DNA of 60,680 nucleotides, filler included, from Dugesia japonica (Eukaryota): the NCBI GenBank assembly GCA_001938525.1. It is 6 parts of 6 records of this genome, joined end to end, with 100 filler letters (N's around TTAATTAATTAA, not from the genome) between each part and the next. Parts side by side here need not be neighbours in the genome. Positions count along the whole stretch, not along the records: positions 9,895 to 21,175 come from MQRL01607154.1; positions 21,276 to 32,410 come from MQRL01611353.1; 4 more parts are not named here. One strand, 5' to 3'. Position 1 is the stretch's first letter. Each line of letters opens with the position of its first letter. Shown here in pieces: positions 13,060-26,580 of the stretch. Under the pieces are notes generated by a model, which saw only the letters and a list, made by a program, of their open reading frames with translations, ran no database searches and was not told where the DNA came from. A program made the position numbers and the translations under genes.

Positions 13060-13626
13060 AATTTAATGATTAAATAATTTTTTTAATCTTTAAAATGAAG
13101 TTGAGTGTAGTGCATAAGCTAGTTTCTTGTTTTCTACAAAGACATGTTTTCAAGTTATGTATTTTATTTTCAGGTAGGTTTATATTTTATAAAATACGTT
13201 CAAACGAGAACGTTATATTAATAATAATTATTATTATTCATGTTATTATCCATGAAATCTCAAATGGTGACTTGGCCATTAATTGATTGGATTGATATTG
13301 TGCAACAGCTGAAATGACTCATTAAATTTTCAATTTCAATAACGATAAATGTTGAAAATCATTTCATTTACTCCATTGTTTTACGAGATGATTTGTAATT
13401 AAAATTTCAGATTGACATTAATCATAATATTTCTAGCAAAAAACCCTTTAAATTGTAAGTTTTATTTCACTATTTAATATAATCAAGTTTTATTTGCTGC
13501 AGATAGTCGATAGTTTTTATTTGTTTATTGATGTCAAGTCAACCGATTTCATCAACAATTAAAGAAAATTGTAAAGTTTCAACATCAATTCCAACTGCGA
13601 TTTGTCCAAAGGTTATTCCAAGTTCA
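13060..13626 (+). repeat. ~570-bp direct repeat, copy 1 (copy 2 at 17355-17923)
   Basis: Near-identical sequence from TTAATGATTAAATAA...GTAGTGCATAAGCTAG to CCAAAGGTTATTCC. Confidence 0.9.
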
Positions 13627-14438
13627 ATAGAAATTAAACCATTTAATGTTAAAACTTCTCAACAACGTGAATCTGGAAATAGACAGCCATCATCTGCTAA
13701 TATTTCTTCAGCTCTTGCTGGCATTAATTTCTATGAAGATTGAATTTTGAGATCTATCGAAAAATTGAAAGAAATTGCGACAAGATGCAGATAGAATGCT
13801 AAAATTGATGAAACTATATTACAATATTCATCTTGAATATACAGTAAAAATACACACATATTCGCATCTGATTGGATATTTGTTAAAAACATTGATAAAA
13901 TGTAATTATTCTTTATAATTTTCAAATTATTTTCAAAAACCAGTGAATTAATGAGAGCAAAAAAGTAAATTTATTATTTGTTTTATTTATTAATTTTTTT
14001 CTTTTAGAATAAAATGATAGAAATTAATGGTTAAATTATAAGATACCATTAAAAACAATTATATCATATTTCGAAAATTAAAAATATTAAAAAACTTATT
14101 AATGGAAATTTACAAGACATTACTGTCCCATTATATGAATTAGATTCCAAAAGCTTGGATACCTACAATACAAAATCATAAAAAACAGTATTTAAACAAA
14201 AAAATCAATTTATTGTAAACTGACAGTTGTTGTTAAATAGAAAATGTTCCTCAATGGAAAATTTGTGCCATTCACGGTTCACAACGACCAGTGTACATAA
14301 GATAGCGGCAGACGTCTCACAGTGATCTTTATTAATCATCCAGGCTAAGAAAAGTTCAAAACCGAGTCCATTACCTCCATGAGGACATGAACCAAACCTT
14401 ATACCAGAGTCAAAATAAAATGAAAATAATTATTTAGG

Positions 14439-14980
14439 ATTATGTTGTGCACAAATTAGTATTTTATGAAAACTTTTTCAAAATAAAAGGAAGCAAATAT
14501 TGGAAGACAAAAATGAAGAGATTATTCAGTAGAGATCATGTTCAATTTTTATTTTATTAGTTAATTATATATGTTAACTGCACAAATTGAACAAGCAATT
14601 TTTGGCAAAATCGTCATTTCAATTCTAAACCAGTCTTAACCAATTTGATAAAAAGTATATTGTTCTTAGTAGTAATTTAGATTAATATATTGATCATAGG
14701 ATATTAAAATATATTCATAAATATGAACTGGAAAACAGTTGTATATTATTTAATATTGATAGAAGGAAAGAAAAAATAAAAAATGAATTGGGAGACTTCT
14801 TTTAAAAATTACTAAAATATTCCTTTTATGGAAAGACTTTGGAAAATATTAGAAATAGACGTAATGTAACGATTTGAAATAGATATGAAAAGTTTCAAAA
14901 AGAAGCTGGTAAAATTACGTACAAATTTATTATAATATTTTCAGAAGATGAAGCAGCTTTACATATGAAAAAACCCAAAT
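14439..14980 (+). pseudogene. Third, more divergent Polinton-type pPolB fragment
   Basis: Manual translation gives DYVVH after an acceptor TTATTTAG, and KLLKYSFYGKTLENIRNRRNV (motif B) at ~14805-14875. Confidence 0.7.
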
Positions 14981-15410
14981 TACTCTTTATTTATAGAATC
15001 CAATCATGATAATACTAAAATGAGTTGCGAACAATTACATGATAAAGTTAAACACTAAAGATGAATTACAAAATTCTACAATTTCTAGCTTACGTTGCTT
15101 ACAATCATATGCATTTACTTTTATTGACAAATCAAAGGATTTGTTATCAACTGTAAAACATAAATTGTCTCAATGAATAATATAAAGATTAATGATTTTA
15201 TAAATACATTAAATAATAATACCAAAGTTTATGGATGAAATTATAGTATAAAATCTAATACTCATTTATTGACTAATGTTAAATTGCTTACGATGACTTT
15301 AAGGAAAAATTAAAAAATATTAGAAAATGATATTAAAATATCTCAATAGAAATTGTTGAAATTAAGTTAAATATTTTTTTTAGTTTCTATTTCAGAAAAG
15401 TTAATATTTC

Positions 15411-15450
15411 AGTAGGTAGATGTTAACGCACTGGAACAGGTCACCCCCTA
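15411..15450 (+). mobile_element. Putative Polinton-like terminal motif
   Basis: AGTAGGTAGATGTTAACGCACTGGAACAGG followed by a C-run, matching five other copies. Confidence 0.55.
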
Positions 15451-16469
15451 GAGAAAACTGATAACCTGTATTACTATCTGTTCTACGGGTTATCGTAAAT
15501 TTATTGACTGTTGATCTGATTGATTAATAATATCTGATGTGATTATTTTAAAATTTTGATCTGATTAGATTTAAAAAAATTAAATTTTCAATTCACAAGT
15601 ACACTTCCTAGTCAACACATTAAATTATAATCGTTCACACTAAAATTACAAAGAAGTTATGAAAATGATCATAAATTAAATATAAATTAATAAAAAGATC
15701 CATAAATTATATAAAGTTAATAAAATTTCTAATCAACAAGTTAAACTTATAATCCATCACAATAAACTTTAGTTCATCACAGAAATTTTTAAGTCAAAAC
15801 TTGAAAAATTATAAAAAACTTGTACTAAAATTACATTTCATCACACAAAGTTCTTAGATAACAAATATTTTAAGCAAAGTACCTCTGACAATTATTTATT
15901 ATTATTAAATAATTTTGTTTCAGCATAATCATTAAATATGACTGATATGGAATGTGTGCATTGATTGCATATATAAGCAAGATGCACATATTATTTCATC
16001 ATTTTAATAATATAAAGTAAGATTTTTATTTGATTTGATAAATTATTAATTTTATATTAAATCATTTATGAAATCTTATTATGAATTATGTTAGATATAA
16101 TATAAAACTTATTATGAATTAGGAAAATAAGGAAAGATTTATTTTGTATTTAAATGCTTTTTAATTAAACAGTAATGGTTTTCCATGATTATAATAACTA
16201 TCAATTACTTCTTTTAATTATTATAATAAACATAATAATAATAATCAGTAACAACGAAAGTAATAATAATAATTCTAGAAATTCAAGATACGATTATCAT
16301 AATAACTCTCCTGCAATTATCTTAAGATAATAATATTATTATTTCTGCTCTATTATCTACAAAAAATAATTATATTTTACTTTTACAATATAAATTATAG
16401 TAATGATACCTAAATATTATATAACATTTCAAATTTATGATATTAATTAATTCTACTTTTTTAGGATAG

Positions 16470-16648
16470 TTTTGGTTATAATGGATACTTTACAACATTA
16501 TATATTGCATATATTACACATCAAAACCAATTAGAAACCTTTGTCGAGTTATTAAAACAATCACATAATACAGAATAATGCTTGGTCCAAGACGGGCACT
16601 TGTAACACTTTAATCGTAATTGACATTAATTTAAATATGTGAAATAAA
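16470..16648 (+). pseudogene. Degenerate homologue of mini-ORF 3
   Basis: Acceptor, ATG at 16481, QLETFVELLK versus QVKTFATIIK at ~30045, and AATAAA at 16643. Confidence 0.35.
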
Positions 16649-16719
16649 GTTTGTATCTTATCCTGATTGTCTTAATTTACACTTTTATAAGACGAATTAT
16701 TGATTTATATTTCTTTCAG

Positions 16720-17032
16720 TGCATACTTATCAATTACCAGCCTACATGGTTCGATGCTATCGTTTATTGCAAGGATTTCAATTAGAACGCCGTTACCCTA
16801 AGCATCGTTATTTCGGTATATTCAACAAAAAATCAATTGTATACGTCAATTAGATGCCACGTGCAAACGACAATTATTCATTGCCAATTCCATAAAATGC
16901 TTGCTGCACAAAGTTGAATTCTTCAATCAATATCTAGCATGTCCACAGTAGGCAACGCAAAAAATCCACCAGCGGTTGAACCATGTATTAGTGCCGATAA
17001 TGTCGTTTTCCCTGATGATGGTTTGCAATAAA
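16720..17032 (+). pseudogene. Degenerate homologue of mini-ORF 4
   Basis: TTCTTTCAG|TG-CAT. RCYRLLQGFQLER versus RCHRILRRLLIER, LLHKVEFFNQYLA versus LLRKIDFLKQYIA, NPP versus NPT. AATAAA at 17027. Confidence 0.65.
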
Positions 17033-17354
17033 GTGTGTTTCTTGATAAATTCGCAAAAATATTGAAGTTTATCAACTCTGAAATTTTCTTTAGCAAATAT
17101 AATTTTTTTATCTTATATGAAAAATGTAATTAGAGTCCAAATAGATAATGAACTCTAAATTTTGATTGCATTCACACATGAGCGCTAAAGTAAATATATT
17201 TAATAAATAATTTTAAAAATTTATTAAATGAAATAATTTTATTGTAAGAAATTTTATTAATGAATATAATAAATCTAAAAAATAGTTAAATAAAATAATT
17301 TTAATAAATGTATTAAATTAAACTAATCTAAATAATTAAATTAATCTAAGAAAA

Positions 17355-17923
17355 ATTTAATGATTAAATAAATTTTTAATTCTTTAAAATGAATTTGGGT
17401 GTAGTGCATAAGCTAGTTTCTTGTTTTCTACAAAGACATGTTTTCAAGTTATGTATTTTATTTTAAGGTAGGTTTATATTTTAAAAAATACGTTCAAACG
17501 AGAACGTTATATTAATAATAATTATTATTCATGATATCATCTATGAAATCTCAAATGGTGACTTGGCCATTAATTGATTGGATTGATATTGTGCAACAGC
17601 TGAAATGAATCATTAAATTTTTAATTTCAAAAACGAAAAATGTTGAAAATCATTTCATTTACTCCATTGTTTTACCAGATGATTTGCATTTATAATTTCA
17701 GATTTACATTCATCATAATATNTCTAGTAAAAAACCTTTTAAATTGTAAGTTTATTGTTTAATTTCAATATTTAATATAATCGAATTTTATTTGCTGCAG
17801 ATAGTCAATAGTTTTTATTTGTTTATTGATGTCAAGTCAACCGATTTCATCAACAATTAAAGAAAATTGTAACATTTCAACATCAATTCCAACTATAATT
17901 TGTCCAAAGGTTATTCCGAGTTC
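17355..17923 (+). repeat. ~570-bp direct repeat, copy 2
   Basis: Matches 13060-13626. Confidence 0.9.
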
Positions 17924-18079
17924 TGATTTACAAATGAAGCTAAAACTAGTTATAGAATTTTTGCAAATACAAACTTAAGCATTGCAACTAAATTTTGCTA
18001 TTATGCCGATAAAAGAATTTTGAGAAAATATTCAACAAAATTATTCATTTTCTCAATTAAAACCATATCAATCAATATA

Positions 18080-18507
18080 TTAGGTTGTAACATGAAATAT
18101 CCGATTATAGAACTCGTTTTTTAAACTTATATATTTTTATGTAATATTTAACATTTAGAACTTATTTATATATCATTTTTAAGGTGGAATTTTTGATAAT
18201 CATTTTATAATATTTGTTTTAAAAATCTTTTTATTTAAATTATTTTTAGACAGTATTTATATTTGATAATTTTGATAATTTTTTGGTTAAAAAAATAATT
18301 GCTGATCGGGAGGGTGTCAAAATTGCCATATCCGGATACATAGACTCCAGAGAAAAAAATTATTTTGCTAATGGTTTTTTGAAACTAGTTTCTAGATGGC
18401 AAAAAGGTGCAGAATCCGATGGGGACTATTTTACTTAAATAATATTTGATTTTATTGGACTTTTATTGTCTATTACGTAATGGGACATTTCATATGTGAC
18501 AACCTAA
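18080..18507. mobile_element. Mariner-like non-autonomous element (MITE)
   Basis: Imperfect TIRs TTAGGTTGTAACAT.. / ..ATGTGACAACCTAA, flanked by TA on both sides. Confidence 0.65.
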
Positions 18508-18539
18508 TATTTCTTCTAAAAACATTTACTATTAGTTTA

Positions 18540-19697
18540 GCTCCATTTACATAGAAAGCGTTAGAAACGCTAATGGTGTTGATAGTGACTTATAGCGGTT
18601 AAAATCAAAGAATACCTTATAATACAAGTGACACCGAATTGACAAGAACCAATGATTTTTCTCCGCTTTCCAGAGTATAATGGCAAAGCTGATTAAGAAT
18701 TATGATAATCAGAAACAAAAAATATCTCGAGTATAATGTTAAAATGAAAAAGTATATTGGCATTTGAAATGAAAGAATTTATTGAATGCAATGCTAATTT
18801 ATTATATCTATGAAAATAACAAAAACTCTTACGAAAGAGATTAAATGCATCAACAAACATAACATAGAATGCTAAGAGAAAACATCAAATTCACTGATGA
18901 AAGGTCATAGCAATTAAGATGTAACCGGTGCTAATGACATTAGACTAGCAAGATGAACCACACATTACAATATCAAGTAATAATTTACTAAATTCCACTT
19001 CTAAAGATGAAGCAGATAATAAAGATTTTGAAAAGAACTTTTATGTTCAACAAGCTCGACGTTACCGAACTGATATAGAAAATGAGAATGTAGAAATATC
19101 TCTAATCTATACATTTAAACTTGAATAAGGTAGAGAAAATAGATCAGTCATACAACATAAATGTAATTAAGGCTACGTCGCGTTACCCGAAAATAATACA
19201 AAAGGTAGCTTATGTGGTAACTAAATTATCTACAACCAAAGTTTGTGTAGAAAGTTAATTTTCTGCGTTTCTAATTATTGTTTGAGCCTGCAATCATCGA
19301 TGAAGGGTGATTCGACTGAAACTAAATTGTTCATTTTGATTTTTGATAGTAAATTGTTATTAATAAATTATATCAATGTTTTTACCCATTAAAATTTCTT
19401 AATATTGTTATTTGTATTTCGTTTTCATGTCTTGAACTAATATCTGGAGATTTTGTTTTAATAATAATTTTTGTTATATTATATANAAATATGAATTACT
19501 TAATTTTTATAAATTTACATTCTAACATTTGTTATTTTGCTTAAAGCTTTTTATGAAACAAGTAAAAAAGCCTAAAATTTAATCCTTGTTAATTTGGTTC
19601 AAATAAAGGTGTCGAAGCCAAAGCTATTCACTTTAAAATTAACTCTGGAATCGGGGTCGGAGCTAATCCAATATTGCTCTGGCTCCCCAGCTTTGCT
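18540..19697 (+). mobile_element. Decayed hAT element: C-terminal transposase remnant and 3' end
   Basis: TTKVCVES*FSA (~19232-19268) resembles the hAT dimerisation motif PTTQ..ERLFS. The GGAATCGGGGTCGGAGC subterminal words resemble the 3' end of the 53666-54901 element. Confidence 0.5.
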
Positions 19698-20927
19698 GAC
19701 ATAGTAAAGTGTTATTACAAAAAAATTTTGTAAATGAATAAATTTATATTTTTGCAAGAGGTAGATAACAGAAGAGCGGTTAGCGACTCTGATCAATAAA
19801 GAGCTTCTATCTCTTAATTTAAAACTGAATGAAATAGATACGCACCTACCTACACTTCCGTGAAGAGTTATCNAATCCGCTGAGAAGCGGTTTCAGGACG
19901 GCAGGGTAAATCATGGACGATTATGGTCAGATACACATAGGCAGTACACTAATCAACACAATGTAGATTAAATTAACTACTCATACCCAAACATTAATAT
20001 TTGTGCCAATTTTAAATTATTATAACAAATATATATATCTTGGCACTTCTTAGTTAATATTTAATACATCAAGGCTTCTGTAATAAAACATGTTAAAAAT
20101 ATGGCATTTGTCCAAATATGGGCATTAATGTATTCACTTTCCTACAAAAATGTTTTGAAAATTGTAATTTATGCAAAACAAGCACGTGCTAAAAAAAGTA
20201 TAAAAGCTACAAAAAAATTTGTAAAATTAGTTTATCGATATTATAACAAATCGAGAAAACAAGAAATGATTTAAACACTTTAAATAGTTTTTGGAAATAA
20301 TCATTATCGTAACAAGATATTTTCAAATAATAATGTTTATTATGCTAGTTAATCATATTCGCTAACATTTAAATAAAACGCCACGGAAGATTCTTTTGTA
20401 TGAAATACTCAATAAAACAAATTACTGATGTATTAAAGTGATCAATGATGAAAAGATTCCTTGTCAAAAGATAAACGATGGAACAAAACCTGGTTTATTA
20501 AAATGATATACGATATGGAAGATCTTTCTATAGGAGTAAAATAGAATAAATGTTGATTTATTAAAAACGAATATATCAGTTAAAATAAATAAAATATGGT
20601 CAACATAAAACAGGCATACCAAATTGAGTAAACACCAAGGGCCATATGTGTTACGTTTGTATTGCTTGAGGGTAGCATAAATTCATTTTATTTTGTATTT
20701 ATGCTTCTTCTGGTGTGTAAAAAGCTAGTTGAAAAGGACATAAATCGTTTTTAAACAAAAAAATTTTAAATGATAAAATTATGTCATTTATCATTTTATG
20801 TCATGTTTGTTAAAACTCTAAAAATCACAGTTTTGGAGGTTAAATTATCAAAATCTAGAATTCTTTGAGTGTCCCGCGTGTTTGACATAACTGACATACA
20901 GTATTTAAGGAGTCACAGAATAATAAT

Positions 20928-21028
20928 GGTGAAAATGAAATTAAAATTGAAATAGAAATTGAAAATGAAATTAAAAAATGAAATTGAAAATGATATTCAA
21001 AATGAAATTCAAAATGAAATTTCAAAAT
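20928..21028 (+). repeat. 12-nt tandem repeat (TGAAATTGAAAA-like)
   Basis: Seen directly. Confidence 0.75.
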
Positions 21029-22097
21029 GCTGAGAATATTTTCTGAATTTTTTAGAAAAAATGCCCTGATGCAAATATTGAGATAAGGTGATTAGTAGTA
21101 TTTTTTTATTGATCTGTAAATAAATGAGAAAAGACGACAACAGATTTAATATAAAATGTTTGATATCCAAAAACGNNNNNNNNNNNNNNNNNNNNNNNNN
21201 NNNNNNNNNNNNNNNNNNNTTAATTAATTAANNNNNNNNNNNNNNNNNNNNNNNNNNNNNNNNNNNNNNNNNNNNTAAGAATTAAAATTAACCAATTAAA
21301 ATTTAATAAAAATACATTATTTCAAAAATTATTACTATTATAAACATAAATCTTGAAATAAAACGATCAATGGTTATGTCCAAAAATTATTCTCGTAATA
21401 ATTGCAATTGTACAAAAATTAATTAAATTATCAATAAAAAATTAAAATCACATTTTTTTGCATTCTTTTTATTAACCAGACTAATGTGAGACTTTGGTGA
21501 AAAATGACGGGCGAAAATTCGAGTTTTTACTGAATATCAATTTTGTTTTGTCTTTATTATGTTTTACAATGTTCGTCATCATTAGTAGCCATTTATTATC
21601 AAATTATTATCTAATTCAAAATGATTTTTATTTGATATTATTTTTGATAAATAAATGAGGAATGTTTACAAATCAGTATTATTTAAGCTTCATAATATTA
21701 ATCAATGCCAGCCGGTTGATTGATATCATTTGAGTTTTTAATTAATAAAGTTACAAGAATAGGTTTAGGGATTCACTGTATATGAGTTGTGAACCCAATT
21801 TAGAAATGATAATAATACTAAATTAAGTACAAATATGAAATTAAGTACAATTTATAAAAAGTATATTAATTTGCATAAAAAGCATTTTATAATATTTTCC
21901 AGATTTTGGTGTGCTAGACTTACAAATATTACTGATTACCCATAATTTGATATCTTTGACTCACTGAGAAATATGTATCTTTTTAAAGATTTTTTTGGAA
22001 AAGGCATTGTTTGTGTGTGACTAGCTAATTGTCTCATCGTAATAATAAATATTATTTCCTCTTTTTATGTACTCCTTATCCTCCTCTACCATTGCGT

Positions 22098-22470
22098 TTA
22101 CATATCTATTGCCGTCTCTTTTCCTGAATCCATTATTGGCTGATATCCTTCCACTTTGTTTTGGGAATCTGTAATTATCGTCATATGTTCAGTTTGTTTC
22201 CTCTCATCGGCTGTATAGTGCTGCTTTGTTTCTTTGTTCGTTATTCTGCTGCCCTCTCTCATTAGTCTGCACACTTCTTTTCTCCAACTTAATATAACAT
22301 TGTTCTCTTTGATGTCCATTTTTTCCACATATTGAACATCTAATTTCGTCACAATTTCTTCTTATATGATTCTTTGATCCGCATGAGTAACACGTTCTTT
22401 TCATTTATATTTTCTGTTTCTTCCAGGTCCTCCTTTAGTCCATCATTTGTTTTTATTGTCTATTTAGTGA
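22098..22470 (-). mobile_element. gag: Gypsy-type gag fragment with two CCHC zinc knuckles
   Basis: CYSCGSKNHIRRNC and CSICGKNGHQREQC (ORF 22204-22404). Confidence 0.8.
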
Positions 22471-22531
22471 CTAAATANTTAAGCCTCATAAGGTTGCTCA
22501 TAAACTTAAGTAAATAAAATTTAGGTTTGAA

Positions 22532-25500
22532 AGTAGGTAAACANTAGTGCATATCCCCCTATCAATTTTATCCCCAATCGAACCCCCACCCACGAGCGAA
22601 AAAGTAGGGATAAATTTTTAAAATAAATTAAAAAACGGGATAAATTTTTTAAAATATACAAAGATAGAACAGAAAATACTTTAAAACAATAATTCGAAAA
22701 ATAAATTAAAAGTGGTGTTTAGTTGGGAAAATTTTTAATTAAAATTTAATTTAAATTGGTGATTGATTTTAAAAAATTTAACTAAATAAAATATACAAAG
22801 ATAGAACCGAAAATACTTTAAGACTAAAATTTTTATCCCCTGCGCCACAACTTTGATAATAGTCCCAGTAGGTTAAATAATTTGATGATTAACTCGAATA
22901 GAACAATTGTAAGACATATTGAGAAACATTACAATAAGTAAATAAAAAATATAACAGAAAATATCTTAAAACTAAAATTTATTAATAAAATATGATATTG
23001 TTTGGTCTGATAAAAAACATTTGGATTGAATGAGCTGAAATAATAAATAATAATTTAATTCAAATCTAGATAAATCATTACCAGGAAATTGATTGTATGC
23101 ATAAAAGTGTTGTTAATCAAAGGTGTGATATAGATATTTCACAATGACCGTATGGTATACTTTTATTCTTTTCTACCCATACTCTTTTGTCATCTGTATT
23201 ACTTAATGCTATTTTAGAATTATCAAAACTAAATAATTGATGTTTACGCGTACCAATCCTGAACTGATTAATTGAGACTGCTTGATTGTTTGTATAACAA
23301 TCTTGATAAGATTGATGAGCTAAGAGAGTGCCTTTCAATGTAATACCCTTAGCTTTCATACTCTCTTTATCACTAAGAAGACTGTAACACTTAGATCTCA
23401 AGAATATCCATTCACTGTACTTATTTTCCTTATTTTCATCCTTGAATCTACCTACAACATAATTCAAATCTTGGTTATAAAGAGGATGTGTTTTGCAATA
23501 GTTTGACGTGTCAAGCAGCTTATCTGTTACCATCNNNNNNNNNNNNNNNNNNNNNNNNNNNNNNNNNNNNNNNNNNNNNNNNNNATTTCAATAATTTATC
23601 TAATCTTATGTCAATAATCTCAAGGAAGAAGCTATCGATAACACCAGTAACAATATTGATCGTACATTTCAAATCACACCTATATTTCTGAAGTTCAATG
23701 TACTTTAATCGGTCCATCCTTAATTTAGAAAGATCAAGAATCATTTGATCAATGTAACTTAGCCTATCCAAACAAATCGATTCTTTGTTTAATAAAACAG
23801 CAATGAAACCATCATCTATCTTAATAGACTCCCTAAACCCTGCTTTCGATGTATAAGTTAAAGGTTTTTAGAGGAATTACAAAGTCCGAGATTCATTCTC
23901 TTTTTCAGATTCTCCCATAAAGACTAAAATAATTTTTATACAGATCAGAATTACTTTGTGCTCTTAATTATGTATTATCATCAATATATTTCTTAAAGAT
24001 GTAGTCTTGATAAAACTTAACAGCTCTATGAACTTTGTTAATTTTAACACCTAATTGCAAGTACATTTGTAACAATCGCGAATGCACAACATAATTATTC
24101 TTATTGTTATGTGTTAGTAACAGTTTTTTCACTTTAGATCCAGGAGGACATTGGTATTCAGTAGCAACCGGAAGATCAGACAAATGATTATGTAAATCAA
24201 TAGAAATTTTGACACCAACCTCAAAAGTATATCCATAAGATAACGAATCCATGTCAAAAATGAAACAATCATTCAATAAATCATCAAAACCAGAATAAAC
24301 CCATTCAAAATCCTTATACGGAAGTTTTTCGCTTAAAGCCCAACCATGCAAATTATTGATGTCAATGTATAGGAGCTCAGTTGTTTCATTGGCCTCAACA
24401 AAATGCTTGTTAACAAAGGTAAGACCTCCTCTAATACCACCTTCAAAGAAAGTGTACAAGTCATTATCAGTCAATAACTGAATTGGATCAGTTAAAGTCA
24501 TCAAGGCAGAAGCCCATGACGTTTCAGGAATTCCAAAGAAAGTGCGGGGTTCAAGACCATTATGAGCTATAGATTTTTGTCTAAATTATTGGAGGAAATC
24601 AGCAAAAAGAAAAACATCACGTTTTAGATAGATCATCATATAGTCAAGTAAGTTATCACATTCGGTAATTTCCAACATTTCGAGAGCGTTATTAAAAGAG
24701 TCATCTGTAATACCATTCCATTTAGGAGGCATTTCAAATGTTTCGTCTAATATCTGTAAACTAGAAGCAAATTCATNTGGGAAAATCCCTTTTGATTTAA
24801 CAATTCTATCGTCATTAAATTCAATAGAAGTTAAAGGTGTAGAATTTATGGTCTTAACAGCAGCATCAAGAAATGAGTTAATGAATTGATAACTATCAAT
24901 GAACTTAATTACAACATTTCCTGCATGAGCAATAAGACAAAAGAATTTCTGATGTTGTAGGAATACATGAAATATTCTATTCAGTAAAACGATTCAAACC
25001 ATATTTGAGAATATGATGGAGATCATATAGTCGCAAATTATGAAAAACAACAATCTTAGAATCTTCCTACTCAAGTTACACTTATTGGAAGCAGGACCTA
25101 AATATTTACGAGAAAAATTATCATGATCACGAACCGGGTCATTTAAATTATTTTTACATAGATAACAAGTTTTAGAAGCTTTAAATTGAATTACTTCTGA
25201 TGGTGTAATCACAATTTTCTTATTTCCATTCTCTTCATAATAATTAGCAACAGTCTTACTTATTTCCTCAACCGCTTTCAAAAATTCGAATACACAATTC
25301 AAACCTATAAACTGTTTATAATTGAATTCATTAGTGAAGTTATTAACTTGCAGAAATAGGTGAGTGTTTATGAAGATATTTTTCATGTTTTTTTAGAATA
25401 GACTCAAAATCAGAGTAAATAAAAAAAGCTGGTGTTAAAGTTTTCAAAAAATCTTTAAACACTAAAGCATGATCATAAGGCATTGTATATAGAGTAGTAC

Positions 25501-25790
25501 CTATTTGAATTCTACTACAAAGTGGAATATGAGTGTCTAAAGATGATTGATCNCTAAAGCCATTCAAACAATTTTCACACCTGATAGAGCGAATTCTCGT
25601 ACTTTTACCTTGTGTATCCCAATCCATAAGCCGATTCAAACTCATTACCGTGATGTAATGATATTTTCCACCTTCCTCCAGTAATAAAAGATTACTTTTT
25701 CTAGCTGCTTGAACATTACTCCTATGAATAATATCTAGATTAGAATGTTTCATGATTACATAGTCATCATCAATATCATCAGTATTAACA
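22532..25790 (-). mobile_element. Polinton/Maverick fragment: terminus plus pPolB transcribed toward it
   Basis: AGTAGGTAAACA.TAGTGCA followed by C-rich words at 22532, ~585 bp beyond the pPolB stop. Confidence 0.7.
23117..25790 (-). pseudogene. Polinton-type pPolB with N-terminal zinc finger and endonuclease-VII-like module (frameshifted)
   Basis: HY...SLNRL...CENCLNGF...LDTHIPLC; YSDFES (Exo I); CYLC...VRDHDNFS..Y.G....CNL; KGIFP; GIRGGL; LYIDINNLHGWA; KAKGI; DDKRVW. Confidence 0.92.
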
Positions 25791-25799
25791 ATTTTTAAT

Positions 25800-26580
25800 A
25801 AATAAAAATAGAAGCAATAAGAACATTTGGCAAACCTAACTGTGTCAAGAAGCTGCGAAGTATTTTAGGAATTTATAATTATTACAGGAAATTTATAGAA
25901 AACTACGCAAGAAAATCAAGAATCTTAGAACAGTTGTGTAGCAGATCAAGCAACAAGAAATTAGAATGAATAGATGAAATAAACGATACTTTTGAGGGTC
26001 TGGAAAAATCTCTAATGACTGCACCAATATTTTTTTTTCCAGACATAAACAGAGAATTTATATTAGATACAGATGCCAGTTTTGATACAATTGGAGCAGT
26101 ATTGTTACAGAGAGATAAAGAAGGAAGAAAAAGAGTTGTTGCCTATGGATCACACTCAATGACGAGTCATGAAAAGGGATATTGCATTACACTAAAGAAG
26201 TTATTGGCTGTTTATTATTTCTGTATGCATTTCAAACATTACTTGTACGGTAGAAGATTTACTCTTANNNNNNNNNNNNNNNNNNNNNNNNNNNNNNNNN
26301 NNNNNNNNNNNNNNNNNCACAATTCCAGACATGGATTAATTATCTGAGTAGTTTAGATATGGTTTTGGAATATAGAAAAGGAATTCAACATATTAATGCA
26401 GATATGTTATTTAGACCAAGATGCACGATGTCAAATGTCACATGAAGATACCAAGAAAGGGAAGATTAAAACAAGAATACTGAACATAATTTAAAAGGAA
26501 AAAGAAGATCATTTAAACATTTCTGAGGAAACAAATTTAAGCAAGAAAATGGAAATTCCGGATGACAAAATACATGAGAC
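25800..26580 (+). mobile_element. pol: Gypsy pol fragment (RT thumb/RNase H)
   Basis: LRSILGIYNYYRKFI; FILDTDASFDTIGAVLLQ; HFKHYLYGRRFTL; YRKG..H.NADML. Confidence 0.88.

Noticed and set aside
19770-19950. GC-richer island as a structured ncRNA or tRNA
   Set aside because: No cloverleaf, A/B boxes or recognisable RNA family.
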